From positions 128,030,001 to 128,094,000 of the forward strand of contig NC_042998.1 of the NCBI RefSeq assembly GCF_006345805.1: a stretch of DNA of 64,000 nt. The letters are read 5' to 3'. The position numbers and the translations under genes were made by a program. Positions 35,001 to 50,000 of this stretch are shown in pieces (position 1 is the stretch's first letter; each line of letters begins with the position of its first letter). This DNA is from Octopus sinensis. Taxonomy: Eukaryota. The notes under the pieces are model-generated. The model made no database searches and was not told the DNA's origin. It saw only the letters and a list, made by a program, of their open reading frames with translations.

Positions 35001-38000
35001 CCATCGTTCTTACATCAGTTTTCGACTTATGAGCAGGCTCGGTTGTGTAGCTAAGAAGTTTGCTTCACAGTCACTGTCTCACTGCGCGACACATGGAACA
35101 AATGTGTTCTGCTATATTGTTGAGCCAGCTATCTCACATATTCTAGGCAAGAAAAATATTTCGGGCGGTCCACTTGATGATTCTGCGAATGTGTTGTTCC
35201 ATCGTTCTTACATCAGTTTTCGACTTATGAGCAGACTCGGTTGTGTAGCTAAGAAGTTTGCTTCACAGTCACTGTCTCACTGCGCGACACATGGAACAAA
35301 TGTGTTCTGCTATATTGTTGAGCCAGCTATCTCACATATTCTAGGCAAGAAAAATATTTCGGGCGGTCCACTTGATGATTCTGCGAATGTGTTGTTCCAT
35401 CGTTCTTACATCAGTTTTCGACTTATGAGCAGGCTCGGTTGTGTAGCTAAGAAGTTTGCTTCACAGTCACTGTCTCACTGCGCGACACATGGAACAAATG
35501 TGTTCTGCTATATTGTTGAGCAGCTATCTCACATATTCTAGGCAAGAAAATATTTCGGGCGGTCCACTTGATGATTCTGCGAATGTGTTGTTCCATCGTT
35601 CTTACATCAGTTTTCGACTTATGAGCAGGCTCGGTTGTGTAGCTAAGAAGTTTGCTTCACAGTCACTGTCTCACTGCGCGACACATGGAACAAATGTGTT
35701 CTGCTATATTGTTGAGCCAGCTATCTCACATATTCTAGGCAAGAAAAATATTTCGGGCGGTCCACTTGATGATTCTGCGAATGTGTTGTTCCATCGTTCT
35801 TACATCCGTTTTCGACTTATGAGCAGGCTCGGTTGTGTAGCTAAGAAGTTTGCTTCACAGTCACTGTCTCACTGCGCGACACATGGAACAAATGTGTTCT
35901 GCTATATTGTTGAGCCAGCTATCTCATATATTCTAGGCAAGAAAAATATTTCGGGCGGTCCACTTGATGATTCTGCGAATGTGTTGTTCCATCGTTCTTA
36001 CATCAGTTTTCGACTTATGAGCAGGCTCGGTTGTGTAGCTAAGAAGTTTGCTTCACAGTCACTGTCTCACTGCGCGACACATGGAACAAATGTGTTCTGC
36101 TATATTGTTGAGCCAGCTATCTCACATATTCTACTAGGCAAAAAAATATTTCGGGCGGTCCACTTGATGATTCTGCGAATGTGTTGTTCCATCGTTCTTA
36201 CATCAGTTTTCGACTTATGAGCAGGCTCGGTTGTGTAGCTAAGAAGTTTGCTTCACAGTCACTGTCTCACTGCGCGACACATGGAACAAATGTGTTCTGC
36301 TATATTGTTGAGCCAGCCATCTCACATATTCTAGGCAAGAAAAATATTTCGGGCGGTCCACTTGATGATTCTGCGAATGTGTTGTTCCATCCATCGTTCT
36401 TACATCAGTTTTCGACTTATGAGCAGGCTCGGTTGTGTAGCTAAGAAGTTTGCTTCACAGTCACTGTCTCACTGCGCGACACATGGAACAAATGTGTTCT
36501 GCTATATTGTTGAGCCAGCTATCTCACATATTCTAGGCAAGAAAAATATTTCGGGCGGTCCACTTGATGATTCTGCGAATGTGTTGTTCCATCGTTCTTA
36601 CATCCGTTTTCGACTTATGAGCAGGCCCGGTTGTGTAGCTAAGAAGTTTGCTTCACAGTCACTGTCTCACTGCGCGACACATGGAACAAATGTGTTCTGC
36701 TATATTGTTGAGCCAGCTATCTCACATATTCTAGGCAAAAAAATATTTCGGGCGGTCCACTTGATGATTCTGCGAATGTGTTGTTCCATCGTTCTTACAT
36801 CCGTTTTCGACTTATGAGCAGGCTCGGTTGTGTAGCTAAGAAGTTTGCTTCACAGTCACTGTCTCACTGCGCGACACATGGAACAAATGTGTTCTGCTAT
36901 ATTGTTGAGCCAGCTATCTCACATATTCTAGGCAAGAAAAATATTTCGGGCGGTCCACTTGATGATTCTGCGAATGTGTTGTTCCATCGTTCTTACATCA
37001 GTTTTCGACTTATGATCAGGCTCGGTTGTGTAGCTAAGAAGTTTGCTTCACAGTCACTGTCTCACTGCGCGACACATGGAACAAATGTGTTCTGCTATAT
37101 TGTTGAGCCAGCTATCTCACATATTCTAGGCAAGAAAAATATTTCGGGCGGTCCACTTGATGATTCTGCGAATGTGTTGTTCCATCGTTCTTACATCAGT
37201 TTTCGACTTATGAGCAGGCTCGGTTGTGTAGCTAAGAAGTTTGCTTCACAGTCACTGTCTCACTGCGCGACACATGGAACAAATGTGTTCTGCTATATTG
37301 TTGAGCCAGCTATCTCACATATTCTAGGCAAGAAAAATATTTCGGGCGGTCCACTTGATGATTCTGCGAATGTGTTGTTCCATCGTTCTTACATCCGTTT
37401 TCGACTTATGAGCAGGCTCGGTTGTGTAGCTAAGAAGTTTGCTTCACAGTCACTGTCTCACTGTCTCACTGCGCGACACATGGAACAAATGTGTTCTGCT
37501 ATATTGTTGAGCCAGCTATCTCACATATTCTAGGCAAGAAAAATATTTCGGGCGGTCCACTTGATGATTCTGCGAATGTGTTGTTCCATCGTTCTTACAT
37601 CAGTTTTCGACTTATGAGCAGGCTCGGTTGTGTAGCTAAGAAGTTTGCTTCACAGTCACTGTCTCACTGCGCGACACATGGAACAAATGTGTTCTGCTAT
37701 ATTGTTGAGCCAGCTATCTCACATATTCTAGGCAAGAAAAATATTTCGGGCGGTCCACTTGATGACTCTGCGAATGTGTTGTTCCATCGTTCTTACATCC
37801 GTTTTCGACTTATGAGCAGGCTCGGTTGTGTAGCTAAGAAGTTTGCTTCACAGTCACTGTCTCACTGCGCGACACATGGAACAAATGTGTTCTGCTATAT
37901 TGTTGAGCCAGCTATCTCACATATTCTAGGCAAGAAAAATATTTCGGGCGGTCCACTTGATGATTCTGCGAATGTGTTGTTCCATCGTTCTTACATCAGT

Positions 38001-41000
38001 TTTCGACTTATGAGCAGGCTCGGTTGTGTAGCTAAGAAGTTTGCTTCACAGTCACTGTCTCACTGCGCGACACATGGAACAAATGTGTTCTGCTATATTG
38101 TTGAGCCAGCTATCTCACATATTCTAGGCAAGAAAATATTTCGGGCGGTCCACTTGATGATTCTGCGAATGTGTTGTTCCATCGTTCTTACATCCGTTTT
38201 CGACTTATGAGCAGGCTCGGTTGTGTAGCTAAGAAGTTTGCTTCACAGTCACTGTCTCACTGCGCGACACATGGAACAAATGTGTTCTGCTATATTGTTG
38301 AGCCAGCTATCTCACATATTCTAGGCAAGAAAAATATTTCGGGCGGTCCACTTGATGATTCTGCGAATGTGTTGTTCCATCGTTCTTACATCCGTTTTCG
38401 ACTTATGAGCAGGCTCGGTTGTGTAGCTAAGAAGTTTGCTTCACAGTCACTGTCTCACTGCGCGACACATGGAACAAATGTGTTCTGCTATATTGTTGAG
38501 CCAGCTATCTCACATATTCTAGGCAAGAAAAATATTTCGGGCGGTCCACTTGATGATTCTGCGAATGTGTTGTTCCATCGTTCTTACATCAGTTTTCGAC
38601 TTATGAGCAGGCTCGGTTGTGTAGCTAAGAAGTTTGCTTCACAGTCACTGTCTCACTGCCGGACACATGGAACAAATGTGTTCTGCTATATTGTTGAGCC
38701 AGCTATCTCACATATTCTAGGCAAGAAAAATATTTCGGGCGGTCCACTTGATGATTCTGCGAATGTGTTGTTCCATCGTTCTTACATCCGTTTTCGACTT
38801 ATGAGCAGGCTCGGTTGTGTAGCTAAGAAGTTTGCTTCACAGTCACTGTCTCACTGCGCGACACATGGAACGAATGTGTTCTGCTATATTGTTGAGCCAG
38901 CTATCTCACATATTCTAGGCAAGAAAAATATTTCGGGCGGTCCACTTGATGATTCTGCGAATGTGTTGTTCCATCGTTCTTACATCAGTTTTCGACTTAT
39001 GAGCAGGCTCGGTTGTGTAGCTAAGAAGTTTGCTTCACAGTCACTGTCTCACTGCGCGACACATGGAACAAATGTGTTCTGCTATATTGTTGAGCCAGCT
39101 ATCTCACATATTCTAGGCAAGAAAAATATTTCGGGCGGTCCACTTGATGATTCTGCGAATGTGTTGTTCCATCGTTCTTACATCCGTTTTCGACTTATGA
39201 GCAGGCTCGGTTGTGTAGCTAAGAAGTTTGCTTCACAGTCACTGTCTCACTGCGCGACACATGGAACAAATGTGTTCTGCTATATTGTTGAGCCAGCTAT
39301 CTCACATATTCTAGGCAAGAAAATATTTCGGGCGGTCCACTTGATGATTCTGCGAATGTGTTGTTCCATCGTTCTTACATCAGTTTTCGACTTATGAGCA
39401 GGCTCGGTTGTGTAGCTAAGAAGTTTGCTTCACAGTCACTGTCTCACTGCGCGACACATGGAACAAATGTGTTCTGCTATATTGTTGAGCCAGCTATCTC
39501 ACATATTCTAGGCAAGAAAAATATTTCGGGCGGTCCACTTGATGATTCTGCGAATGTGTTGTTCCATCGTTCTTACATCAGTTTTCGACTTATGAGCAGG
39601 CTCGGTTGTGTAGCTAAGAAGTTTGCTTCACAGTCACTGTCTCACTGCGCGACACATGGAACAAATGTGTTCTGCTATATTGTTGAGCCAGCTATCTCAC
39701 ATATTCTAGGCAAGAAAAATATTTCGGGCGGTCCACTTGATGATTCTGCGAATGTGTTGTTCCATCGTTCTTACATCCGTTTTCGACTTATGAGCAGGCT
39801 CGGTTGTGTAGCTAAGAAGTTTGCTTCACAGTCACTGTCTCACTGCGCGACACATGGAACAAATGTGTTCTGCTATATTGTTGAGCCAGCTATCTCACAT
39901 ATTCTAGGCAAGAAAAATATTTCGGGCGGTCCACTTGATGATTCTGCGAATGTGTTGTTCCATCGTTCTTACATCAGTTTTCGACTTATGAGCAGGCTCG
40001 GTTGTGTAGCTAAGAAGTTTTCTTCACAGTCACTGTCTCACTGCGCGACACATGGAACAAATGTGTTCTGCTATATTGTTGAGCCAGCTATCTCACATAT
40101 TCTAGGCAAGAAAAATATTTCGGGCGGTCCACTTGATGACTCTGCGAATGTGTTGTTCCATCGTTCTTACATCAGTTTTCGACTTATGAGCAGGCTCGGT
40201 TGTGTAGCTAAGAAGTTTGCTTCACAGTCACTGTCTCACTGCGCGACACATGGAACAAATGTGTTCTGCTATATTGTTGAGCCAGCTATCTCACATATTC
40301 TAGGCAAGAAAAATATTTCGGGCGGTCCACTTGATGATTCTGCGAATGTGTTGTTCCATCGTTCTTACATCAGTTTTCGACTTATGAGCAGGCTCGGTTG
40401 TGTAGCTAAGAAGTTTGCTTCACAGTCACTGTCTCACTGCGCGACACATGGAACAAATGTGTTCTGCTATATTGTTGAGCCAGCTATCTCACATATTCTA
40501 GGCAAGAAAAATATTTCGGGCGGTCCACTTGATGATTCTGCGAATGTGTTGTTCCATCGTTCTTACATCAGTTTTCGACTTATGAGCAGGCTCGGTTGTG
40601 TAGCTAAGAAGTTTGCTTCACAGTCACTGTCTCACTGCGCGACACATGGAACAAATGTATTCTGCTATATTGTTGAGCCAGCTATCTCACATATTCTAGG
40701 CAAGAAAAATATTTCGGGCGGTCCACTTGATGATTCTGCGAATGTGTTGTTCCATCGTTCTTACATCAGTTTTCGACTTATGAGCAGGCTCGGTTGTGTA
40801 GCTAAGAAGTTTGCTTCACAGTCACTGTCTCACTGCGCGACACATGGAACAAATGTGTTCTGCTATATTGTTGAGCCAGCTATCTCACATATTCTAGGCA
40901 AGAAAAATATTTCGGGCGGTCCACTTGATGATTCTGCGAATGTGTTGTTCCATCGTTCTTACATCCGTTTTCGACTTATGAGCAGGCTCGGTTGTGTAGC

Positions 41001-44000
41001 TAAGAAGTTTGCTTCACAGTCACTGTCTCACTGCGCGACACATGGAACAAATGTGTTCTGCTATATTGTTGAGCCAGCTATCTCACATATTCTAGGCAGA
41101 AAAAATTTCGGGCGGTCCACTTGATGATTCTGCGAATGTGTTGTTCCATCGTTCTTACATCCGTTTTCGACTTATGAGCAGGCTCGTTGTGTAGCTAAGA
41201 AGTTTGCTTCACAGTCACTGTCTCACTGCGCGACACATGGAACAAATGTGTTCTGCTATATTGTTGAGCCAGCTATCTCACATTCTAGGCAAGAAAAATA
41301 TTTCGGGCGGTCCACTTGATGATTCTGCGAATGTGTTGTTCCATCGTTCTTACATCCGTTTTCGACTTATGAGCAGGCTCGGTTGTGTAGCTAAGAGGTT
41401 TGCTTCACAGTCACTGTCTCACTGCGCGACACATGGAACAAATGTGTTCTGCTATATTGTTGAGCCAGCTATCTCACATATTCTAGCAAGAAAAATATTT
41501 CGGGCGGTCCACTTGATGATTCTGCGAATGTGTTGTTCCATCGTTCTTACATCCGTTTTCGACTTATGAGCAGGCTCGGTTGTGTAGCTAAGAAGTTTGC
41601 TTCACAGTCACTGTCTCACTGCGCGACACATGGAACAAATGTGTTCTGCTATATTGTTGAGCCAGCTATCTCACATATTCTAGGCAAGAAAAATATTTCG
41701 GGCGGTCCACTTGATGATTCTGCGAATGTGTTGTTCCATCGTTCTTACATCAGTTTTCGACTTATGAGCAGGCTCGGTTGTGTAGCTAAGAAGTTTGCTT
41801 CACAGTCACTGTCTCACTGCGCGACACATGGAACAAATGTGTTCTGCTATATTGTTGAGCCAGCTATCTCACATATTCTAGGCAAGAAAAATATTTCGGG
41901 CGGTCCACTTGATGATTCTGCGAATGTGTTGTTCCATCGTTCTTACATCAGTTTTCGACTTATGAGCAGGCTCGGTTGTGTAGCTAAGAAGTTTGCTTCA
42001 CAGTCACTGTCTCACTGCGCGACACATGGAACAAATGTGTTCTGCTATATTGTTGAGCCAGCTATCTCACATATTCTAGGCAAGAAAAATATTTCGGGCG
42101 GTCCACTTGATGATTCTGCGAATGTGTTGTTCCATCGTTCTTACATCCGTTTTCGACTTATGAGCAGGCTCGGTTGTGTAGCTAAGAAGTTTGCTTCACA
42201 GTCACTGTCTCACTGCGCGACACATGGAACAAATGTGTTCTGCTCTATTGTTGTGAGCCAGCTATCTCACATATTCTAGGCAAGAAAAATATTTCGGGCG
42301 GTCCACTTGATGATTCTGCGAATGTGTTGTTCCATCGTTCTTACATCAGTTTTCGACTTATGAGCAGGCTCGGTTGTGTAGCTAAGAAGTTTGCTTCACA
42401 GTCACTGTCTCACTGCGCGACACATGGAACAAATGTGTTCTGCTATATTGTTGAGCCAGCTATCTCACATATTCTAGGCAAGAAAAATATTTCGGGCGGT
42501 CCACTTGATGATTCTGCGAATGTGTTGTTCCATCGTTCTTACATCAGTTTTCGACTTATGAGCAGGCTCGGTTGTGTAGCTAAGAGTTTGCTTCACAGTC
42601 ACTGTCTCACTGCGCGACACATGGAACAAATGTGTTCTGCTATATTGTTGAGCCAGCTATCTCACATATTCTAGGCAAGAAAAATATTTCGGGCGGTCCA
42701 CTTGATGATTCTGCGAATGTGTTGTTCCATCGTTCTTACATCCGTTTTCGACTTATGAGCAGGCTCGGTTGTGTAGCTAAGAAGTTTGCTTCACAGTCAC
42801 TGTCTCACTGCGCGACACATGGAACAAATGTGTTCTGCTATATTGTTGAGCCAGCTATCTCACATATTCTAGGCAAGAAAAATATTTCGGGCGGTCCACT
42901 TGATGATTCTGCGAATGTGTTGTTCCATCGTTCTTACATCAGTTTTCGACTTATGAGCAGGCTCGGTTGTGTAGCTAAGAAGTTTGCTTCACAGTCACTG
43001 TCTCACTGCGCGACACATGGAACAAATGTGTTCTGCTATATTGTTGAGCCAGCTATCTCACATATTCTAGGCAAGAAAAATATTTCGGGCGGTCCACTTG
43101 ATGATTCTGCGAATGTGTTGTTCCATCGTTCTTACATCCGTTTTCGACTTATGAGCAGGCTCGGTTGTGTAGCTAAGAAGTTTGCTTCACAGTCACTGTC
43201 TCACTGCGCGACACATGGAACAAATGTGTTCTGCTATATTGTTGAGCCAGCTATCTCACATATTCTAGGCAAGAAAAATATTTCGGGCGGTCCACTTGAT
43301 GATTCTGCGAATGTTTGTTCCATCGTTCTTACATCAGTTTTCGACTTATGAGCAGGCTCGGTTGTGTAGCTAAGAAGTTTGCTTCACAGTCACTGTCTCA
43401 CTGCGCGACACATGGAACAAATGTGTTCTGCTATTTTGAGAGCCAGCTATCTCACATATTCTAGGCAAGAAAAATATTTCGGGCGGTCCACTTGATGATT
43501 CTGCGAATGTGTTGTTCCATCGTTCTTACATCAGTTTTCGACTTATGAGCAGGCTCGGTTGTGTAGCTAAGAAGTTTGCTTCACAGTCACTGTCTCACTG
43601 CGCGACACATGGAACAAATGTGTTCTGCTATATTGTTGAGCCAGCTATCTCACATATTCTAGGCAAGAAAAATATTCGGGCGGTCCACTTGATGATTCTG
43701 CGAATGTGTTTTTCCATCGTTCTTACATCATTTTCGACTTATGAGCAGGCTCGGTTGTGTAGCTAAGAAGTTTGCTTCACAGTCACTGTCTCACTGCGCG
43801 ACACATGGAACAAATGTGTTCTGCTATATTGTTGAGCCAGCTATCTCACATCTATTCTAGGCAAGAAAAATTTTCGGGCGGTCCACTTGATGATTCTGCG
43901 AATGTGTTGTTCCATCTCGTTCTTACATCAGTTTTCGACTTATGAGCAGGCTCGGTTGTGTAGCTAAGAAGTTTGCTTCACAGTCACTGTCTCACTGCGC

Positions 44001-47000
44001 GACACATGGAACAAATGTGTTCTGCTATATTGTGGAGCCAGCTATCTCACATATTCTAGGCAAGAAAATATTTCGGGCGGTCCACTTGATGATTCTGCGA
44101 ATGTGTTGTTCCATCGTTCTTACATCCGTTTTCGACTTATGAGCAGGCTCGGTTGTGTAGCTAAGAAGTTTGCTTCACAGTCACTGTCTCACTGCGCGAC
44201 ACATGGAACAAATGTGTTCTGCTATATTGTTGAGCCAGCTATCTCACATATTCTAGGCAAGAAAATATTTCGGGCGGTCCACTTGATGATTCTGCGAATG
44301 TGTTGTTCCAGTTCCATTTCTTACATCATCAGTTTTCGACTTATGAGCAGGCTCGGTTGTGTAGCTAAGAAGTTTGCTTCACAGTCACTGTCTCACTGCG
44401 CGACACATGGAACAAATGTGTTCTGCTATATTGTTGAGCCAGCTATCTCACATATTCTAGGCAAGAAAAATATTTCGGGCGGTCCACTTGATGATTCTGC
44501 GAATGTGTTGTTCCATCGTTCTTACATCAGTTTTCGACTTATGAGCAGGCTCGGTTGTGTAGCTAAGAAGTTTGCTTCACAGTCACTGTCTCACTGCGCG
44601 ACACATGGAACAAATGTGTTCTGCTATATTGTGAGCCAGCTATCTCACATATTCTAGGCAAGAAAAATTTCGGGCGGTCCACTTGATGATTCTGCGAATG
44701 TGTTGTTCCATCGTTCTTACATCAGTTTTCGACTTATGAGCAGGCTCGGTTGTGTAGCTAAGAAGTTTGCTTCACAGTCACTGTCTCACTGCGCGACACA
44801 TGGAACAAATGTGTTCTGCTATATTGTTGAGCCAGCTATCTCACATATTCTAGGCAAGAAAAATATTTCGGGCGGTCCACTTGATGATTCTGCGAATGTG
44901 TTGTTCCATCGTTCTTACATCCGTTTTCGACTTATGAGCAGGCTCGGTTGTGTAGCTAAGAAGTTTGCTTCACAGTCACTGTCTCACTGCGCGACACATG
45001 GAACAAATGTGTTCTGCTATATTGTTGAGCCAGCTATCTCACATATTCTAGGCAAGAAAAATATTTCGGGCGGTCCACTTGATGATTCTGCGAATGTGTT
45101 GTTCCATCGTTCTTACATCCGTTTTCGACTTATGAGCAGGCTCGGTTGTGTAGCTAAGAAGTTTGCTTCACAGTCACTGTCTCACTGCGCGACACATGGA
45201 ACAATGTGTTCTGCTATATTGTTGAGCCAGCTATCTCACATATTCTAGGCAAGAAAAATATTTCGGGCGGTCCACTTGATGATTCTGAATGTGTTGTTCC
45301 ATCGTTCTTACATCCGTTTTCGACTTATGAGCAGGCTCGGTTGTGTAGCTAAGAAGTTTGCTTCACAGTCACTGTCTCACTGCGCGACACATGGAACAAA
45401 TGTGTTCTGCTATATTGTTGAGCCAGCTATCTCACATATTCTAGGCAAGAAAAATATTTCGGGCGGTCCACTTGATGATTCTGCGAATGTGTTGTTCCAT
45501 CGTTCTTACATCAGTTTTCGACTTATGAGCAGGCTCGGTTGTGTAGCTAAGAAGTTTGCTTCACAGTCACTGTCTCACTGCGCGACACATGGAACAAATG
45601 TGTTCTGCTATATTGTTGAGCCAGCTATCTCACATATTCTAGGCAAGAAAAATATTTCGGGCGGTCCACTTGATGATTCTGCGAATGTGTTGTTCCATCG
45701 TTCTTACATCAGTTTTCGACTTATGAGCAGGCTCGGTTGTGTAGCTAAGAAGTTTGCTTCACAGTCACTGTCTCACTGCGCGACACATGGAACAAATGTG
45801 TTCTGCTATATTGTTGAGCCAGCTATCTCACATATTCTAGGCAAGAAAAATATTTCGGCGGTCCACTTGATGATTCTGCGAATGTGTTGTTCCATCGTTC
45901 TTACATCAGTTTTCGACTTATGAGCAGGCTCGGTTGTGTAGCTAAGAAGTTTGCTTCACAGTCACTGTCTCACTGCGCGACACATGGAACAAATGTGTTC
46001 TGCTATATTGTTGAGCCAGCTATCTCACATATTCTAGGCAAGAAAAATATTTCGGGCGGTCCACTTGATGATTCTGCGAATGTGTTGTTCCATCGTTCTT
46101 ACATCAGTTTTCGACTTATGAGCAGGCTCGGTTGTGTAGCTAAGAAGTTTGCTTCACAGTCACTGTCTCACTGCGCGACACATGGAACAAATGTGTTCTG
46201 CTATATTGTTGAGCCAGCTATCTCACATATTCTAGGCAGGCAGAAAAATATTTCGGCGGTCCACTTGATGATTCTGCGAATGTGTTGTTCCATCGTTCTT
46301 ACATCAGTTTTCGACTTATGAGCAGGCTCGGTTGTGTAGCTAAGAAGTTTGCTTCACAGTCACTGTCTCACTGCGCGACACATGGAACAAATGTGTTCTG
46401 CTATATTGTTGAGCCAGCTATCTCACATATTCTAGGCAAGAAAAATATTTCGGGCGGTCCACTTGATGATTCTGCGAATGTGTTGTTCCATCGTTCTTAC
46501 ATCAGTTTTCGACTTATGAGCAGGCTCGGTTGTGTAGCTAAGAAGTTTGCTTCACAGTCACTGTCTCACTGCGCGACACATGGAACAAATGTGTTCTGCT
46601 ATATTGTTGAGCCAGCTATCTCACATATTCTAGGCAAGAAAAATATTTCGGGCGGTCCACTTGATGATTCTGCGAATGTGTTGTTCCATCGTTCTTACAT
46701 CAGTTTTCGACTTATGAGCAGGCTCGGTTGTGTAGCTAAGAAGTTTGCTTCACAGTCACTGTCTCACTGCGCGACACATGGAACAAATGTGTTCTGCTAT
46801 ATTGTTGAGCCAGCTATCTCACATATTCTAGGCAAGAAAAATATTTCGGGCGGTCCACTTGATGATTCTGCGAATGTGTTGTTCCATCGTTCTTACATCA
46901 GTTTTCGACTTATGAGCAGGCTCGGTTGTGTAGCTAAGAAGTTTGCTTCACAGTCACTGTCTCACTGCGCGACACATGGAACAAATGTGTTCTGCTATAT

Positions 47001-50000
47001 TGTTGAGCCAGCTATCTCACATATTCTAGGCAAGAAAAATATTTCGGGCGGTCCACTTGATGATTCTGCGAATGTGTTGTTCCATCGTTCTTACATCAGT
47101 TTTCGACTTATGAGCAGGCTCGGTTGTGTAGCTAAGAAGTTTGCTTCACAGTCACTGTCTCACTGCGCGACACATGGAACAAATGTGTTCTGCTATATTG
47201 TTGAGCCAGCTATCTCACATATTCTAGGCAAGAAAAATATTTCGGGCGGTCCACTTGATGATTCTGCGAATGTGTTGTTCCATCGTTCTTACATCAGTTT
47301 TCGACTTATGAGCAGGCTCGGTTGTGTAGCTAAGAAGTTTGCTTCACAGTCACTGTCTCACTGCGCGACACATGGAACAAATGTGTTCTGCTATATTGTT
47401 GAGCCAGCTATCTCACATATTCTAGGCAAGAAAAATATTTCGGGCGGTCCACTTGATGATTCTGCGCGAATGTGTTGTTCCATCGTTCTTACATCAGTTT
47501 TCGACTTATGAGCAGGCTCGGTTGTGTAGCTAAGAAGTTTGCTTCACAGTCACTGTCTCACTGCGCGACACATGGAACAAATGTGTTCTGCTATATTGTT
47601 GAGCCAGCTATCTCACATATTCTAGGCAAGAAAAATATTTCGGGCGGTCCACTTGATGATTCTGCGAATGTGTTGTTCCATCGTTCTTACATCAGTTTTC
47701 GACTTATGAGCAGGCTCGGTTGTGTAGCTAAGAAGTTTGCTTCACAGTCACTGTCTCACTGCGCGACACACATGGAACAAATGTGTTCTGCTATATATGT
47801 TGAGCCAGCTATCTCACATATTCTAGGCAAGAAAAATATTCGGGCGGTCCACTTGATGATTCTGCGAATGTGTTGTTCCATCGTTCTTACATCAGTTTTC
47901 GACTTATGAGCAGGCTCGGTTGTGTAGCTAAGAAGTTTGCTTCACAGTCACTGTCTCACTGCGCGACACATGGAACAAATGTGTTCTGCTATATTGTTGA
48001 GCCAGCTATCTCACATATTCTAGGCAAGAAAAATATTTCGGGCGGTCCACTTGATGATTCTGCGAATGTGTTGTTCCATCGTTCTTACATCAGTTTTCGA
48101 CTTATGAGCAGGCTCGGTTGTGTAGCTAAGAAGTTTGCTTCACAGTCACTGTCTCACTGCGCGACACATGGAACAAATGTGTTCTGCTATATTGTTGAGC
48201 CAGCTATCTCACATATTCTAGGCAAGAAAATATTTCGGGCGGTCCACTTGATGATTCTGCGAATGTGTTGTTCCATCGTTCTTACATCAGTTTTCGACTT
48301 ATGAGCAGGCTCGGTTGTGTAGCTAAGAAGTTTGCTTCACAGTCACTGTCTCCACACTGCGCGACATGGAACAAATGTGTTCTGCTATATTGTTGAGCCA
48401 GCTATCTCACATATTCTAGGCAAGAAAAATATTTCGGGCGGTCCACTTGATGATTCTGCGAATGTGTTTTCCATCGTTCTTACATCCGTTTTCGACTTAT
48501 GAGCAGGCTCGGTTGTGTAGCTAAGAAGTTTGCTTCACAGTCACTGTCTCACTGCGCGACACATGGAACAAATGTGTTCTGCTATATTGTTGAGCCAGCT
48601 ATCTCACATATTCTAGGCAGAAAAAAATATTTCGGGCGGTCCACTTGATGATTCTGCGAATGTGTTGTTCCATCGTTCTTACATCAGTTTTCGACTTATG
48701 AGCAGGCTCGGTTGTGTAGCTAAGAAGTTTGCTTCACAGTCACTGTCTCACTGCGCGACACATGGAACAAATGTGTTCTGCTATATTGTTGAGCCAGCTA
48801 TCTCACATATTCTAGGCAAGAAAAATATTTCGGGCGGTCCACTTGATGATTCTGCGAATGTGTTGTTCCATCGTTCTTACATCAGTTTTCGACTTATGAG
48901 CAGGCTCGGTTGTGTAGCTAAGAAGTTTGCTTCACAGTCACTGTCTCACTGCGCGACACATGGAACAAATGTGTTCTGCTATATTGTTGAGCCAGCTATC
49001 TCACATATTCTAGGCAAGAAAAATATTTCGGGCGGTCCACTTGATGATTCTGCGAATGTGTTGTTCCATCGTTCTTACATCAGTTTTCGACTTATGAGCA
49101 GGCTCGGTTGTGTAGCTAAGAAGTTTGCTTCACAGTCACTGTCTCACTGCGCGACACATGGAACAAATGTGTTCTGCTATATTGTTGAGCCAGCTATCTC
49201 ACATATTCTAGGCAAGAAAAATATTTCGGGCGGTCCACTTGATGATTCTGCGAATGTGTTGTTCCATCGTTCTTACATCAGTTTTCGACTTATGAGCAGG
49301 CTCGGTTGTGTAGCTAGCTAGAAGTTTGCTTCACAGTCACTGTCTCACTGCGCGACACATGGAACAATGTGTTCTGCTATATTGTTGAGCCAGCTATCTC
49401 ACATATTCTAGGCAAGAAAAATATTTCGGGCGGTCCACTTGATGATTCTGCGAATGTGTTGTTCCATCGTTCTTACATCAGTTTTCGACTTATGAGCAGG
49501 CTCGGTTGTGTAGCTAAGAAGTTTGCTTCACAGTCACTGTCTCACTGCGCGACACATGGAACAAATGTGTTCTGCTATATTGTTGAGCCAGCTATCTCAC
49601 ATATTCTAGGCAAGAAAAATATTTCGGGCGGTCCACTTGATGATTCTGCGAATGTGTTGTTCCATCGTTCTTACATCAGTTTTCGACTTATGAGCAGGCT
49701 CGGTTGTGTAGCTAAGAAGTTTGCTTCACAGTCACTGTCTCACTGCGCGACACATGGAACAAATGTGTTCTGCTATATTGTTGAGCCAGCTATCTCACAT
49801 ATTCTAGGCAAGAGAAATATTTCGGGCGGTCCACTTGATGATTCTGCGAATGTGTTGTTCCATCGTTCTTACATCAGTTTTCGACTTATGAGCAGGCTCG
49901 GTTGTGTAGCTAAGAAGTTTGCTTCACAGTCACTGTCTCACTGCGCGACACATGGAACAAATGTGTTCTGCTATATTGTTGAGCCAGCTATCTCACATAT